Below are positions 14,920 through 32,460 of a stretch of DNA of 64,000 nt, piece by piece. The stretch is from positions 496,001 through 560,000 of the forward strand of contig JBBPEB010000011.1 in the NCBI GenBank assembly GCA_039096225.1. The letters run 5' to 3'. Each line of letters opens with the position of its first letter. The stretch's first letter is position 1. The position numbers and the translations under genes were made by a program. This stretch comes from Blastocystis sp. Blastoise. Its lineage: Eukaryota; Protista; Bigyra: Opalinata. The notes beneath the pieces are model-generated. The model searched no databases. It had not been told where the DNA came from and worked only from the letters and a program-made list of their open reading frames with translations.

Positions 14920-15273
14920 TTATAGTATAATATATTCGTATATAGAATTCATATAATACATTAATAATAATAATAATAAATATATCTATATACTTTAAGT
15001 TTTCATAATAATTGACAGAACATATGATAAGTATCTTTATCATCAAATGCATGACTACGAGTTAATTGTTCAAAAACCTCTTCAATTAATAATTTTAAGA
15101 ATTCTAAACGAGATTCAGGTTTAACAAAGAGATAACGTCTCATAGAAGTCATCATTAATAAACAATGTAAACAAGTGACTGTAGTAGGAGGATAGCAGGA
15201 GTAATAACTAGATAAAGAAGATAATGATGACAATAATAATAAGTATAATAATAAGTATAATAATGATAGACAT
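13523..15273 (-). pseudogene. XPO7: Captured exportin-7 (RanBP16) gene fragment with introns
   Basis: CLHCLLMMTSMRRYLF..ESRLEFL..DKDTYHMFCQLL*KLK / ANFQLSELF / FTIDSFKNWQWCSNSFSYLLTLWS*L / LIDVILNNLRYW match exportin-7 motifs ([42 protein letters not shown]). In-frame stops; no recognisable N- or C-terminus. Confidence 0.85.
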
Positions 15274-16975
15274 CTATTATATAATATATATATATAATAA
15301 TTACTATACAATGATTTTTAGTAAAGTTAAATAAATGAATAAATACAGAAAAGTATGTAATTCTAAATCAGAACAAAACATGAATTTAATTTTTGCACAA
15401 AAACATATTCTGTTCTTGTTTAATATGATTAGACAAGCCGTAGACAATAGTAACAATCATAAAACTTAACCGATGTAGTTAATTCACAAAAGAATTGTGG
15501 CAGCATAACTTCTTAAATACTCTAATAAATATCCAAAACCATTATTGAAAGGCATAACTTCATTAACAACTGTAAACATCGAAAGGAAAAACTAAAAAGA
15601 CAACAGATTAACAACAACATATAAAAAAATCTATAAGATTATAAAGTAATACGTGTAGCAATTATATCTATAATAATCAAACACATTTATCAATTTAAAA
15701 TAAATTATGACATTTTGTTAACAATAATTATAATAAAAATTCTTCGTTTAAAAAAAACGAAGAAAACTCGCTGTTTTTTACAAAAAAATTTTTCTTCGTT
15801 TTTTAATCATTCATTGACCTAATTCAAATGTTACAAGCTGTTCGTCATATAGAATAAAAATTAGTTGTGTCTTCTTACTTTTAAATAAAAACTAACAAAT
15901 TATATTGATTTACTCAAAATCGATATGAAATAATTTGGGCAACTATAATGTTTATAGCATATAATTTAGGGTGATTATGCTATGATACAATTGTGAAATC
16001 AACACACAAACAAATATTTGAATCTGATGCAAAATATTCTATTGACGCATCATTAAGGGTGTCTTGTGGCTCATATACTCATATCTGATATGAAATGAGT
16101 CTTAAAACAATTTTCAATTATATTTAGACATGTTTTAATTCAAAAATAGAAATAGACCAAGTTTTGAATGGGAAAAACATTCCCGTAAGTATTTCAAAAA
16201 TTTAAGACTCTGGTCTGACTGTCCATCAAACAAATAGGCTCGGTTATTTTTTTTCACTGAAAAAAAAATAACAAAATTTGAATTTTTGGCTGAAATTTGG
16301 TTTTGAGCCATAGCGGCCATTTTATTAATTTTTATTCGTATATATGACTCTTAAAAATCTTTTACTCCAAACACAACTATAAAAAACTTTATAATATGGA
16401 CCCGATGAATTAACCAAATTTCGACTTAAAACAAACTAAAAACGTTTTTGATATTATGTGACATTCTAAGACGAGAAAATAATGTCAATTTTTTAATAAA
16501 ATATGTCTAATATGGTTTTTTATACCTAAGAAAAACTAAACTGAAAAAAAGTGTCAAAATTTTGTCAAAATTCACGATTTTTGCCTAAGTCGCTGAAGTA
16601 AATCTCATTCCATTGGTGGAACAAGTTTTGAACCAAAATCAACCAATCAGATACATTTAATAATTAAAATATCGCTGATAGTGTTGAAAAATTTAAAAGA
16701 GAGATTATCATAAAATATAAATTAGTAAGTTTTGATAAAACAATTAAATAACTGTTTTTAAAAACAAATAGCCAAATAGTAATACGTGAATAGAATCATA
16801 TTCATAATAGAAAAGAAAAAAAATAAAAATATGTTTAAGAAAAGAATATAAGAATTCTATAGTAATATATATACAACATAAATATTAATTTGAAAAAAAG
16901 AGAAAAGAAGTAGAATAGAATGAATACGTGAATATACTAATTAGTTATAACAAATAAATACTAAAAATACACTGT

Positions 16976-19238
16976 TTATACAATTGGATATTTACTTAAA
17001 TGATCAATATCTTTGAGTTTCTGTAATGTAGCTATTAAACATTGATTCTCTTCTTGTGTTTCTTTATCTATATATATATATATATTAAAAACATATTATA
17101 AATAATATATATTATTAAAAATATATTAAAAACATATTATAAATAATATATATATTAAAAACATATTAAAAACATATTATAAATAATATATATATATAAA
17201 AGCATACCCAGATTTGAAAATGAAGATAAAAATAGAATGAGAATAACTCTATTATTATATAAAATTCGATAAATTTGTTTATTTTCTTCAACAACAGGTA
17301 AATTTAATTGTGGAAGTGATTTCGACGAACTTCTAACAACAGTATTTTCTAATGTCATATATAAGGATTCTGTTCCTCGAATAGAAATAGAAAGAGGTGT
17401 AGGTATAGAAATAGGAGTAGAATTACGACTTTTATTATGATATAAAGAAGATAAAGAAGGAGATGAAGAAATACTTAATCCATTATGTTTATTATTAGAA
17501 ATAGGTGTAGGATTTGAAGGAGAAGAGGAAGAAGAAGGAGTATTATAATTACTAGTAGAATTATGCATATAATAAGGTGTACTTCGAATACTTAAATCAG
17601 TAATATCACTAGCATATGAACAATATGGATAATATACATATAACTATAGATAGTAAAGAAAACATATATATATATATTGTAATAGAAATAATATAAAAAA
17701 ATTTTAAAATATATATTTATATAATTTAAAGGGAATAAAAGATATTACAATTAAAAGAAGAACTTATTATTATGAATATAAATTCAAAACAATAGTATAT
17801 TTATATCTAATGATATATACTATCATGTTATTATTAAAATATATATTCATATATATAAATAATAATAAACATTATATATATATACTTTAAATATAGTTTG
17901 CCATGGTTTAAAATAAGGAATATCTTTAGATAATAATAATGATAATAAAGATTTGAAGAATGTTATATTTCTTAAGAATAATAATACAAAAGGAACATAT
18001 GCAGGAACATAGAAAAATCGTTCAATCAACTATATGAAGAGTATAGTATGAATAGTATATATATATATTAATAATTATATCTATTATGTATAATATATAT
18101 TATTATACGTATATATACTTCTAATCTTCCCTTAATATATGCAGGATCATAACTTGTATTTAAAGGATAAAAATATGCTTTTAAAATCTAATAATAAGAA
18201 TAATATATATTTAGTTTTAATAAATTATATTATTCAATAATAATAAAAAATGAATAATAAAAGAATAAAAAAAAAATTTAAAATAAAAAAAAAACTATAA
18301 ATATATATACTTCTTCTGCATTCGAAATTGAGAATAGAATAGTTAATGTTCTTTTAGAATTCTCAAAGAATAATAATCTATATATAGATTTTAATCGACT
18401 TATAATAAGAGGAAGAGATTCTTGTGGATATATAGATAAATATTCATCAATATGAGTTATTTGCTGATAATCTAAAATACATATCTTTAAAAAATCATCA
18501 CTTCGATTAAATATCTGTAATAATTCATATAATGATTTATAACATTTCTCATGTATATATTTATATAAATGATTATTAAGCATTTGTACATAGAGTTGAA
18601 TTGTTTCTTCTGATAAAGCATGATCTATTATATTATCTCTATCCATTAAAAAAAATAATTGTACTGTCTTTAAAAAGGATTCTCGTGCCTATAGATTTAT
18701 ATATTTATAGATTTATAGATTTATAGATTTATAGATTTATAGATTTATAATTAATATTGATAATTAAAAAAAGTAAAAAAACAACAAACAACAAACAACG
18801 AACAACAACAAAAAAATAATATACAAATAAAAAAAAAGCAAATAAACATACTTCTTCTTGAAATAGCGAGAAAAAACGAAGACCATTATCCACAAATTTC
18901 TTTTCTAATAATATTCTAGCTATTTCATTAAACGTAGTCCTTGAAGACGATTGATTCTATAAATAACAGTAAAATAATAACGAAATATAAAATTTTATTC
19001 TTAGAGAACAACGCCTCTTTCTATCAACTATTATATATACCTGTTTTTCAATTATTTTTCGAACATCATTAAACAATTTTGGTAACTAAATATAAAAATA
19101 TATTATATTACATATTTAACAACAACATACCTTTACTATACTATCCGGAGTATCTTTTGAAAACAATTTATCATATTCGTTTTGAATCTTCGATAAAGTA
19201 TCATTCAAATACTTTATTGGAGAGAAAATAATATTCAT
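16976..19238 (-). CDS. MO25/CAB39-like scaffold protein (multi-exon host gene)
   Basis: KDTPDSIVK ~ KSPADIVK; FKSLLSLLLSKDIPYFKPWQTIFKLYVYYP ~ [49 protein letters not shown] ~ ILDILLKNQAKLIEFLSKF; carries a Ser-rich insertion. Alignment by eye. Confidence 0.7.
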
Positions 19239-19880
19239 TTCAATGAATAAAAGAACTAATTCAATATAAACTTTATCAATAAACCAAAAATAACGTCAAT
19301 CAAAGATATATAAATCTAAAATATAAAAAAAAGAATAACCATGAAAACAAGTAACAAATCAACCCCAAAACAAGTTTTAATTTTTTGTGAATCAAAAATA
19401 GATAATGTTGTTGAAAATGCGTTCTAGATAGGGTTCAGCTTATTTGTTGTTCGCCATAAGATACCCTAGCGTAACTTGCCTACCCCTAAAAGAATTTTAC
19501 GAAACATTTTGAGTTCCTCTATAAATATCTGAAATTGACCTTTTTGAATACTTTACAACCCCAAAAAAATTATTGTTGCGAACACTGAACATCTTAAATG
19601 TCTCTTATATCATTCATACATGTTAACTAGAATTTCTGTTCGCAATTATACTAGGAATGTTATTATTTTTAAAAAAGGCTTCTCCAAGAAGACTCACGTG
19701 GAGTACAGACCTTAAAATACAGTTTCGTGAAACCTGAGTATAATTATAGTGGAAAAAAAACTAAATATTATATGTAGTAAAAAAATGAAAAAAAACTAGA
19801 ATTTTTATTTTTTTGTTCATTATTTTTTAGGTAAATAATATTATAATAGTTATATATATCATAGTTTTAGTTAGGACACG

Positions 19881-22153
19881 ATGCCTCGAGATTTAGAAAG
19901 AGAAGCTCTGGTAGATTCAAGTCAATTTATTGAAAAAGGGATGATAACATTCTTTGGAAGAGAAAGAAATCTTCACTGCTCCATTTCACAAGAAAGATTG
20001 GCTTTATATCCTGATAGTTGGTTGTATGAAAGTTGGTTGAAAAAGAATCAAGCGATAAATGGTGAGTTTTTCACTGGATTTTCTGAACGTAATTTAGAAT
20101 TAATTATTGCCCATATGAAAGGAGAGCATATTGATATAGATATGAAAGATAATGAAGAAATATCTATATTAGTTGATGATTTTAAGGCTTTAAATGTTCC
20201 ACTTCCTTTATATTTAACAGAAAGAATTTCAAAGCAGAAATGGAATTATGGTTTTAAAGGTATCTATGCATATATAACAGCAATAAATAATGATCATTCG
20301 AAACAGAATAGTGATCTAAATTCACTTTCTAATAGTAGTAATGAGCAAACAGTCATTTTGAATAAGATACTTGGTTTAGTAGATCAATTAGTAAGTGATA
20401 ATAAAAACCTTAAAGATGATAATGCTATTTTGAAGAATGATATGAAGAATATTAAAGATGATAATAATATTATAAAGAATGATATTATTAATATAAAGAA
20501 TGATTTTAAGAATATTAAAGATGATCATACTACAATAAAGAATGATATAAAGTTTATTAAGAATGATAATAATATTATAAAGAATGATAATACTACAATT
20601 AAGAATGATATTAAGAATGATAATTATGCAATAAAGAATGATATAAAGAATATTAAAGATAATTGTATTAGTTTAAAGAATGATATAAAGAATATTAAAG
20701 ATGATAATATTAGTTTAAAGAATGATATAAAAGATATTAAGAATGATAATTCTACTATAAAGAATGATATAAAAAATATTAAGAATGATAATTCTACTAT
20801 AAAGAATGATATTAAGAACGATAATCCTATAATAAAGAATGATATAAAGAATATTTAAGATAATAATATTAGTTTAAAGAATGATATTAAAAGTATTAAA
20901 GATGATAATAATAGTATAAAGAATGATATAAATGAAATAAAGAATAATGAAAAGTTAATTTCAAGTGATATTACAGTTTTAAAGTCAAAATTTGATAGTA
21001 ATAATAACAATAATTGTATTATAAAAATTGATTCTAATGATAATAAAAACGTCAATAAGCAATTTAAATATAATAATAATATAAATAACAAAAAAGATAA
21101 CTTCTCGGATTCTTCTGATAATAAAAATAAGTCAAATAGTAGAGATGTTTCTCCCAATAATAAATCTATTTCTCATCCTCCTATGAATGATCTTCCTATG
21201 AAATCTGTTTTTAATAATAATATTCCTCCTCCCTCTAATTCAAATACTCCTATTAGTATTGCTAATTCTACTTCTTCTCCTTCTCCTTTTAATAATAAAA
21301 TTAATCATGTTTCTCCTTCTCATCATATGATTTCTCCTCCGTCTTCTCCTTCTCCTCCTCCTTCTATTCCTATTTCTTCTATTTCTTCATCGTCTAATAA
21401 TTTTCCTTCAAATCTTCATCCACATTCTCTTGATAATAATCAAATTAAAAATTTTGTTAAATCTCCTAACAATAATAAAGTTAAAGATAATTCATTTGAT
21501 AAGAGTATAATATTAAATGATAATTCTCAATATATAACTTCATTAACTAATTGGCTTGGTAAAGAAAAGAAATGGAAATTATTATTTAGGTATATATGTA
21601 GTTATTATTATATTTATTATTATACATATTATTATCATTATACTTATTATTTATATAGAGCAAGTGAACATTATTATTTAGCAAGTGAATTCCATAAATA
21701 GTGTGACAAAAAAGGAGAAACAGTGACTCTAATTAAGCATATAGGTCAAAATAATCATATTAATATATATGGAGGATATACTGATCAAAAATGGGATAGA
21801 TCAAATGAATATGAACCTAATTCTAAAGAATTTCTATTTACTTTAAGTAATGAACATAATATTGCTCCTTCTCAATATTATTATACAAATATTACTAAAA
21901 TCTATGGTATATGTTGTTATCCTAATTATGGTCCAACATTTGGAGGTGGTTATATGATATCTATATATGTGATCAATGTGATCAATATGATCGACATGAT
22001 CGATATGATAAGAAAATTATTTCTTCTTGTTTAGCTCATTCTTATGATCTAGTCAATACTAATGAAAAATCATCATTATTTGTGAATACTAACGATGCTA
22101 ATTCTGAAAATGAATTTATAGTGGAAGATTATGAAGTATGGGGAAGAGCTTAA
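19881..22153 (+). pseudogene. BTB-like + coiled-coil repeat + Pro/Ser-rich + TLDc-domain gene, disrupted
   Basis: TLDc motifs WKLLFR/ASEH..ASEFHK, YGGYT, FLFTL, YGPTFGGG, VEDYEVW. Lesions: TAA at 20856-20858 within IKND repeats (frame continues afterwards), TAG at 21699-21701, frameshift near 21950. Confidence 0.85.
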
Positions 22154-23885
22154 ATTACTATGTTTTTTTATTTTTTTATTTTTTTATTTTTTTATTTATA
22201 TTTTATTGTTTTATTTATATACATTATTGTTTTTTTTTATATATTTTATTCTATTTTGGCCTTTTTCTTTAAAAAAAAACTATTTTCAATATATGATATT
22301 TTTTTGTTAAATATCTTTCAAATACATATATATACATATCATTATAATATGATCATTACTATTATTACCTAGTATTACACTGGTGGGCAGCTTTTTCCCT
22401 TTTATACCAGGTTCCCCATAAATTTATACCAAAATTACGAAAAAATCGGTCTTTAATTTTTTTTATACCGACGAAAGTAATTTATACCACAAAAACAAAT
22501 ATAAACTTGGTATAATGTTGTGTGGACACTCATATAAATTCGTTGTTTTATATTTATATATTTATATCTAAGAAACTGATAGTAAGATGTTTTATTTGTA
22601 TATTAACTGATAATTTAAGACTTTCTATAACATATTCAAGAAATTATCCACAATATCTAGGACAATCATTTTTAATTTTGTTCGACAATTTACTTAATTG
22701 AATTATTCACGTATACTAACGAATTCACAGACTCGAAAGAACATAGAATTGAATATGAATTATGATAAAGTTGCCATTCTTATGAATGTCAGAAAATTGT
22801 CACTGGTGGACCATTTTTCTTGTCTAGGGTTAGGGTTAGTGTTTGAGTTCAGTTTAAAACAAAAAAAGAAAAAAATCGGTCGAAAAAAAGTCTTTAACTA
22901 ACAAAAGAAAAAATTGTATCACTATGAGGCACTTTTTAATTTTTAAAGCTTCTTGATTGGCTAATTTTCGTTCAGAACTTATTCAGCCAATAAAATTTGA
23001 ATAAAAAAAAGACTTAGGCAAAAAAATGAAAATTTTCACAAAATTTATAAGTCGACTGTTAATTTAGACACAAAGACCCTGTTAGACAAATTTTATTAAA
23101 GAATTAACATTATTTTTTTATATCAGTGGGTCACACAATATCAAAAACGTTTTTATTTATTTTAAAGTCGCAATTCCGACAAATATTGGGGTCAATATTT
23201 TAAAACCTTTTGTTGCTCTGTTTAAAGTTTAGACCCTCTTGGAGTCATAAATGTAATTAAAAGTCAATCAGCTGACCTCTATGGGACAAAACCAAAATTC
23301 AGTCAAAAAGTCAAAAAATTATATTTTTTTTACACTGAAAAATTGAACCGAGCCTATTTGTTCCATGGGCAATCAGACCAGAGTTTTGAATTTTTAAAAT
23401 ATTTACGGGAATATTTTTATTGTTTAAAAGTGAGTCTATTTATATTTTATTATATATCAGACGACATAAGAGTTTTAAAAGACTTTTTTCATTTTATTCT
23501 ATCATGACTTAAAGTTCCGCATACAAAGAGTATGTCAAAACTTAAAAAAAAACTACTTTTCCTCAGAATCAAATTAAAGTCTTTTAAAAAGTTGTTTTCA
23601 GAGTTAATTATGTATTATAAAAACGTTTCAAGTTATAATCAATAGTTTTTAGAACAGAATATAAACAGATCAGAGAGTCAACAAAAATGAGTAATTTTTT
23701 AAAACCTGAAAGTAGTGGGATACAATAATGTTGTGTCAATAGTGTAATATATAATTGTTAAAACTTGTTATTTTAGTATTGAGTCATAAAAAATTTAAAA
23801 AAATTTAAAAATGAATTTTTATGAAAATTTTTAGTATTTGACTAAAAAATTGACTTTAAATATGAATTTATCTTTATTTTTAATT

Positions 23886-27900
<4,015 letters not shown>

Positions 27901-28719
27901 ATAAGCTTCAGACATATATATATTATATGTATTATAATGATGTTACTTATATATATATATATATATTATCTAATATCTATTTTATCTATTTTTTATTGTG
28001 TTATATTTATTTATTATATTTATTTTGCTTAGTATTATTTAAGAATAAGATTATTCTAAAAGAATTCTTAGAAAAACAGGAAAAATGAGTAACTATTAAT
28101 ATAGTTTTTATTAATTTTTTATAATTTTCTTTATAAAGCATAAAACAACTTAAGAATCTCTCAGACATTCTCAGTTCATTTATTCACTAATATTAATATA
28201 TGATTCGTTGATATAAAACATATTATAAAACAAAAGTTGTAAATTGCGAATTATATCTTCATAAATAACTATACTAAATATATTTTTTGATTCTCCATTG
28301 CACTCTTATTAAAAATAAAAGATTATTGTATAAATATAACTAACAAATATATTTAATTGTAATAATAGTTTATTAAAATAGTAATTTTCTTGTTTAATTA
28401 AGTCCGGAAATATGTTATAATTAAATAATTAAACTTAATAGACATATACAACACTTATATATTAATTTATATTCAAATAGACTATTTTTAGTAGAGAAAC
28501 AGAGAAAAAATTTAAAAATTTGTTCACCCCTGGAAATAAAAAAAATTATACAGACTTTTATTATAGGAAAAAAAAGATTTTATAAAAGGGCCACCCTATG
28601 TTTGTTTTATGTAAAAAAAATTTTGAATTTTGACATAAATCTTTTTATTTATTATCTATTAAAGCTTTTTATAAAGTTTTTAAAAATGTAATTTTTATTA
28701 TTTATATATCTTATATAAT

Positions 28720-29150
28720 ATAGGCTCTCTTTCTTCTCAAAATAACTACAAATATGGCTCCATTTGTCTGATTCTTTTCGAGCTAAACCATGGTGATAGA
28801 AACCCATCATGATCTTGATTTCTTGGTATTAAGCTAGTACGTGGTGTATCAAGTCCTCCTGATCTGATCCGTATTCTTTTAAAGTATATAGGTGGTTTCT
28901 GTCCTCTGGAAGCATTCCTATAAGGGTTACAAAGGTTTCTAAGGTATATTCTATATATATATATTAACTTTATAATTCATTTTTATAGTTTTTCCTTTTC
29001 CTGTGCTAGTCTTAACCAAAGGTTCTTCAAAAAAAGGTATATATTATCTAATAATATTATTTTAATATACTAATTTTATATTTCTTTTTAGTTTTAGTCT
29101 TAATCGGGTAATAGAAACTAGGAGAGGCTAGTAGAAACTATATATAATTA
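28720..29150 (+). pseudogene. Second small captured spliced-gene remnant in element C
   Basis: Short GC-richer exons with GT-AG borders and stops in all frames; positional counterpart at 48400-48920 (-). Confidence 0.45.
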
Positions 29151-29479
29151 AAAGTCTTGCTTATTCTTATATCTATATATATATATATTATTATGTTTTT
29201 CTTGTTAGTTATTAAATTTTGTAATTATTAATAAATTGTTGTGTTTTTTTAAATTTTGTTGAAAATCACTGAAAATTCTTAAAAAAGAGGACAGTTTTTA
29301 CACAAAACTATTCCCGTGAATATATTCTCTAATCATATGTCTGAATTTATCTTAAAAAAATTCTACAACAATTGGCGTTGATCTGCAAATAATATTTACG
29401 GGAATGCCTCATAGTGTATAAAAAAAATTATTTTTTTAAAAAATCAAAAATTTATTTTTAAGCTTATCCAGCTTTGTTG

Positions 29480-30321
29480 ATTGCTTTTCTTTTATTTTCG
29501 AGCATCAACTATCTCAGGAAGTCTGTGAACCTTTAAACTAGTAAATATTTTATAATTATTTTATATACAAATACTTAATCAGTAATTATGTTATTGTTTA
29601 TTTATTTTTAGAACATATAGGTGTCACCAACAGTTTCAAGCCTTCTCTTTAGTCACGCAGGTCTCTTCAAAAGTATATAAATATAAAATATAATAATTTT
29701 GTCTAATTTCTATTTTATTTATTTAGGTTGTAATTGAATGAGATCATTCAATTTGGTTGAATGGTAGTAATGGATGGTTTCAAATCAAAAAAATTTCAAA
29801 ACAAATCAAAAAGGAGAGAATGGGAGACATTCATTTTTGTATATATTTATTATTATTTATTTTTTTATTTATTTTTACTTTATTCACTATCTATATTACT
29901 CTAGGGTTATTATTGAGTCTTGAAAGAGTTGCTTAATTGAAAATAAATTCTTTCTTTTTAATTTTTAGGTATATATAAATATTTTTATTATTAGTTTTGT
30001 ATTTTTATAATATTCTATTTTCTTATTTTAGATGTAAATTGAATTATAATATATTGGAGAATATTGTTTTATATATTTATTTTATTTTAGATTTATTTAT
30101 TCACATGTTTATATAGATTTGAATGTATAAAAATTTATATTATTTATTACTCTATATATTTATAAATTATTTATTATCATTATTATTATATATATATTTT
30201 TTATATATTCATTCTATTTATTATTTATATAGTATCATTTGATTAATTGAACAATTATATCAAAGTTCATTATAGAAAATTATTGTATATATATATATAT
30301 ATATATATTATTATATATTAT

Positions 30322-30352
<31 letters not shown>

Positions 30353-31697
30353 ATATATATATATATTATTATATATATATATTATTATATATATATATTA
30401 TTATATATATATATTATTAAGAATATTTCTCAATTTTTTCAATATATTTTTAAATTATTAAAATGATTTTGTATTATATATATAGGCATCTAATACTATT
30501 TGAATACTGAGAATTAATCAGCATAAAGATAGAACATAGGTTATTACTACTTGCTTTCATTATAATATGGTATATATATATTATATATTGTAGTATTTAT
30601 TATATATCTATGTCAATAGCAGAATAAAATATTTAGAATTAAAGAAAACAGTTATTATTATATTGATTATGACGAATCTTAAATGATTTATATATATAAT
30701 TATGTATATATATATTATTATATATATTATTATATATAATGTTTTCTATATACATATATTATTATTATATTGTTTATTATATATATATATATATAGTTTT
30801 TCAGTATAATAGAAACTAGACAATTGAATAAATTCTTATAGGGAAAAATATAGAAAAGTTTATTCCTTTTAATAAAAGGATTTGGAAAATTAGTATATTA
30901 ATAATTTTGTTTATATGGATTAATCTCGATTATATATTTATATATATATCTTTATTTATATGCATTTTAATGTTATTATTGTAAAAAAATAGTTATATAT
31001 ATATTATTATATTATTATATATAATTATATTATTATTATCTTTATTATTACTATTTTTATTTCATAGATATATATGAATATAGATATAGATAGACTTCTC
31101 TCGATTGTAATAAGAATGGGTTAGTGTCAAGAGAGTCTCACTATTTATTGCGAGTTCAGTTTATTTGGAATTATATCAAGTTAAACATATTATTATAAAA
31201 GTATATATTTAATTATAATATTTCCAAATAAATATATTATTATATGTATCTATTATATATAGTTTAGTATCATGAAAAGAAAGTGGTAGAGAAGTTACTA
31301 TGAACCCTCAAAAATGTCTTTTCTTTTGGTTAATCTGTTTTATATGGTTTAACATAGTATTATGTATATTATTAAATATATATTACTGTTATTACACTTT
31401 ATATATAACATTATATATTACTATATATTATAAATTCATTTTAGCTTTCTCTATCTATAGTTATATATGTATTAAATCAACAAGGAGATATTATATATAT
31501 GTTTTGAATATTGTGCTTCTTATGATGTGAATAAAATATAAAATAAGAATTCGAGATTATTCATATAAGTATATATATTAAAATTACTATGTATTTATTA
31601 ATTTATATTATAATATATATATAGTTAAATATATTTATGATTCTTCTTTAGTAGAGAATCACAGTTTACATAAAGTATATATTATGTATATACAATA

Positions 31698-31735
<38 letters not shown>

Positions 31736-32460
31736 TTTAGCTACTATTCTATATGTATTTGTCTATATTTATTTTTATATAAACATATATAGTGTAAGAA
31801 TACATTATTCTTTCTTGAGTACTCAATGAAATTTATGTTATTTGTTTCTGGTACTACTATCTCTCCTATAGTATATAATGTTATTATTATTATATCATTT
31901 TTTATATTTATATGTATATATTATTATACATAAAACTATATATATATATACATATATGTTATTATATACGTTTAACAAACAATTTAGAATACTATATCTA
32001 TTATATCTATTTATAAATAGATCATTTTTCCCGTGATTCTTCTTATACTTTTACCTTTAGAATTAATATACTTAAGTAGAAAATAAATGCCTTAAAATGA
32101 GATTAATTACTCTTAATTATTGAATTCTTCAACTAATTAATATATACATATATAATAAAAATAATAGATAGAAATGAAGACTAATGAAATGAGAGAGTTT
32201 TATTTATATCGAGGAATGTGTTGAATGTTTCAGTATATATATATTCATTTATTTATATTTATTTATATCTATTTAAATATATTTATACTTATTTATATCT
32301 ATATATATCTATTTATATTTATTTATATCTATTTATATCTATTTATATTTATTTATATCTATTTATATTTATTTATATCTATTTAAATATATTTATATAG
32401 ATTAAATAGATATATAATTATTGTAATTCTTTTCTCTACTACTATTACTCTTTCTCTTAA
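29480..32460 (+). pseudogene. Decayed multi-exon gene remnant in element B (unidentified)
   Basis: Regular alternation of short exon-like blocks and (TA)n introns with gtatat..atag borders; no sustained ORF. Confidence 0.45.

Larger units (their letters stand above)
3063..16683 (+). mobile_element. CACTA/En-Spm DNA transposon, copy A1 (13,621 bp), putatively autonomous
   Basis: 13-bp TIR CACTATCAGCGAT (3063) / ATCGCTGATAGTG (ends 16683); 3-bp TSD TTG at 3060-3062 and 16684-16686; internal CACTA transposase. Confidence 0.95.

Noticed and set aside
16135-16320. 61-aa ORF in the subterminal region of A
   Set aside because: The homologous segment in element C does not preserve the ORF; it is likely cis-acting terminal DNA.
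28720-29150. Naming the small captured gene as a ribosomal protein
   Set aside because: Too degenerate; no convincing motif by eye.
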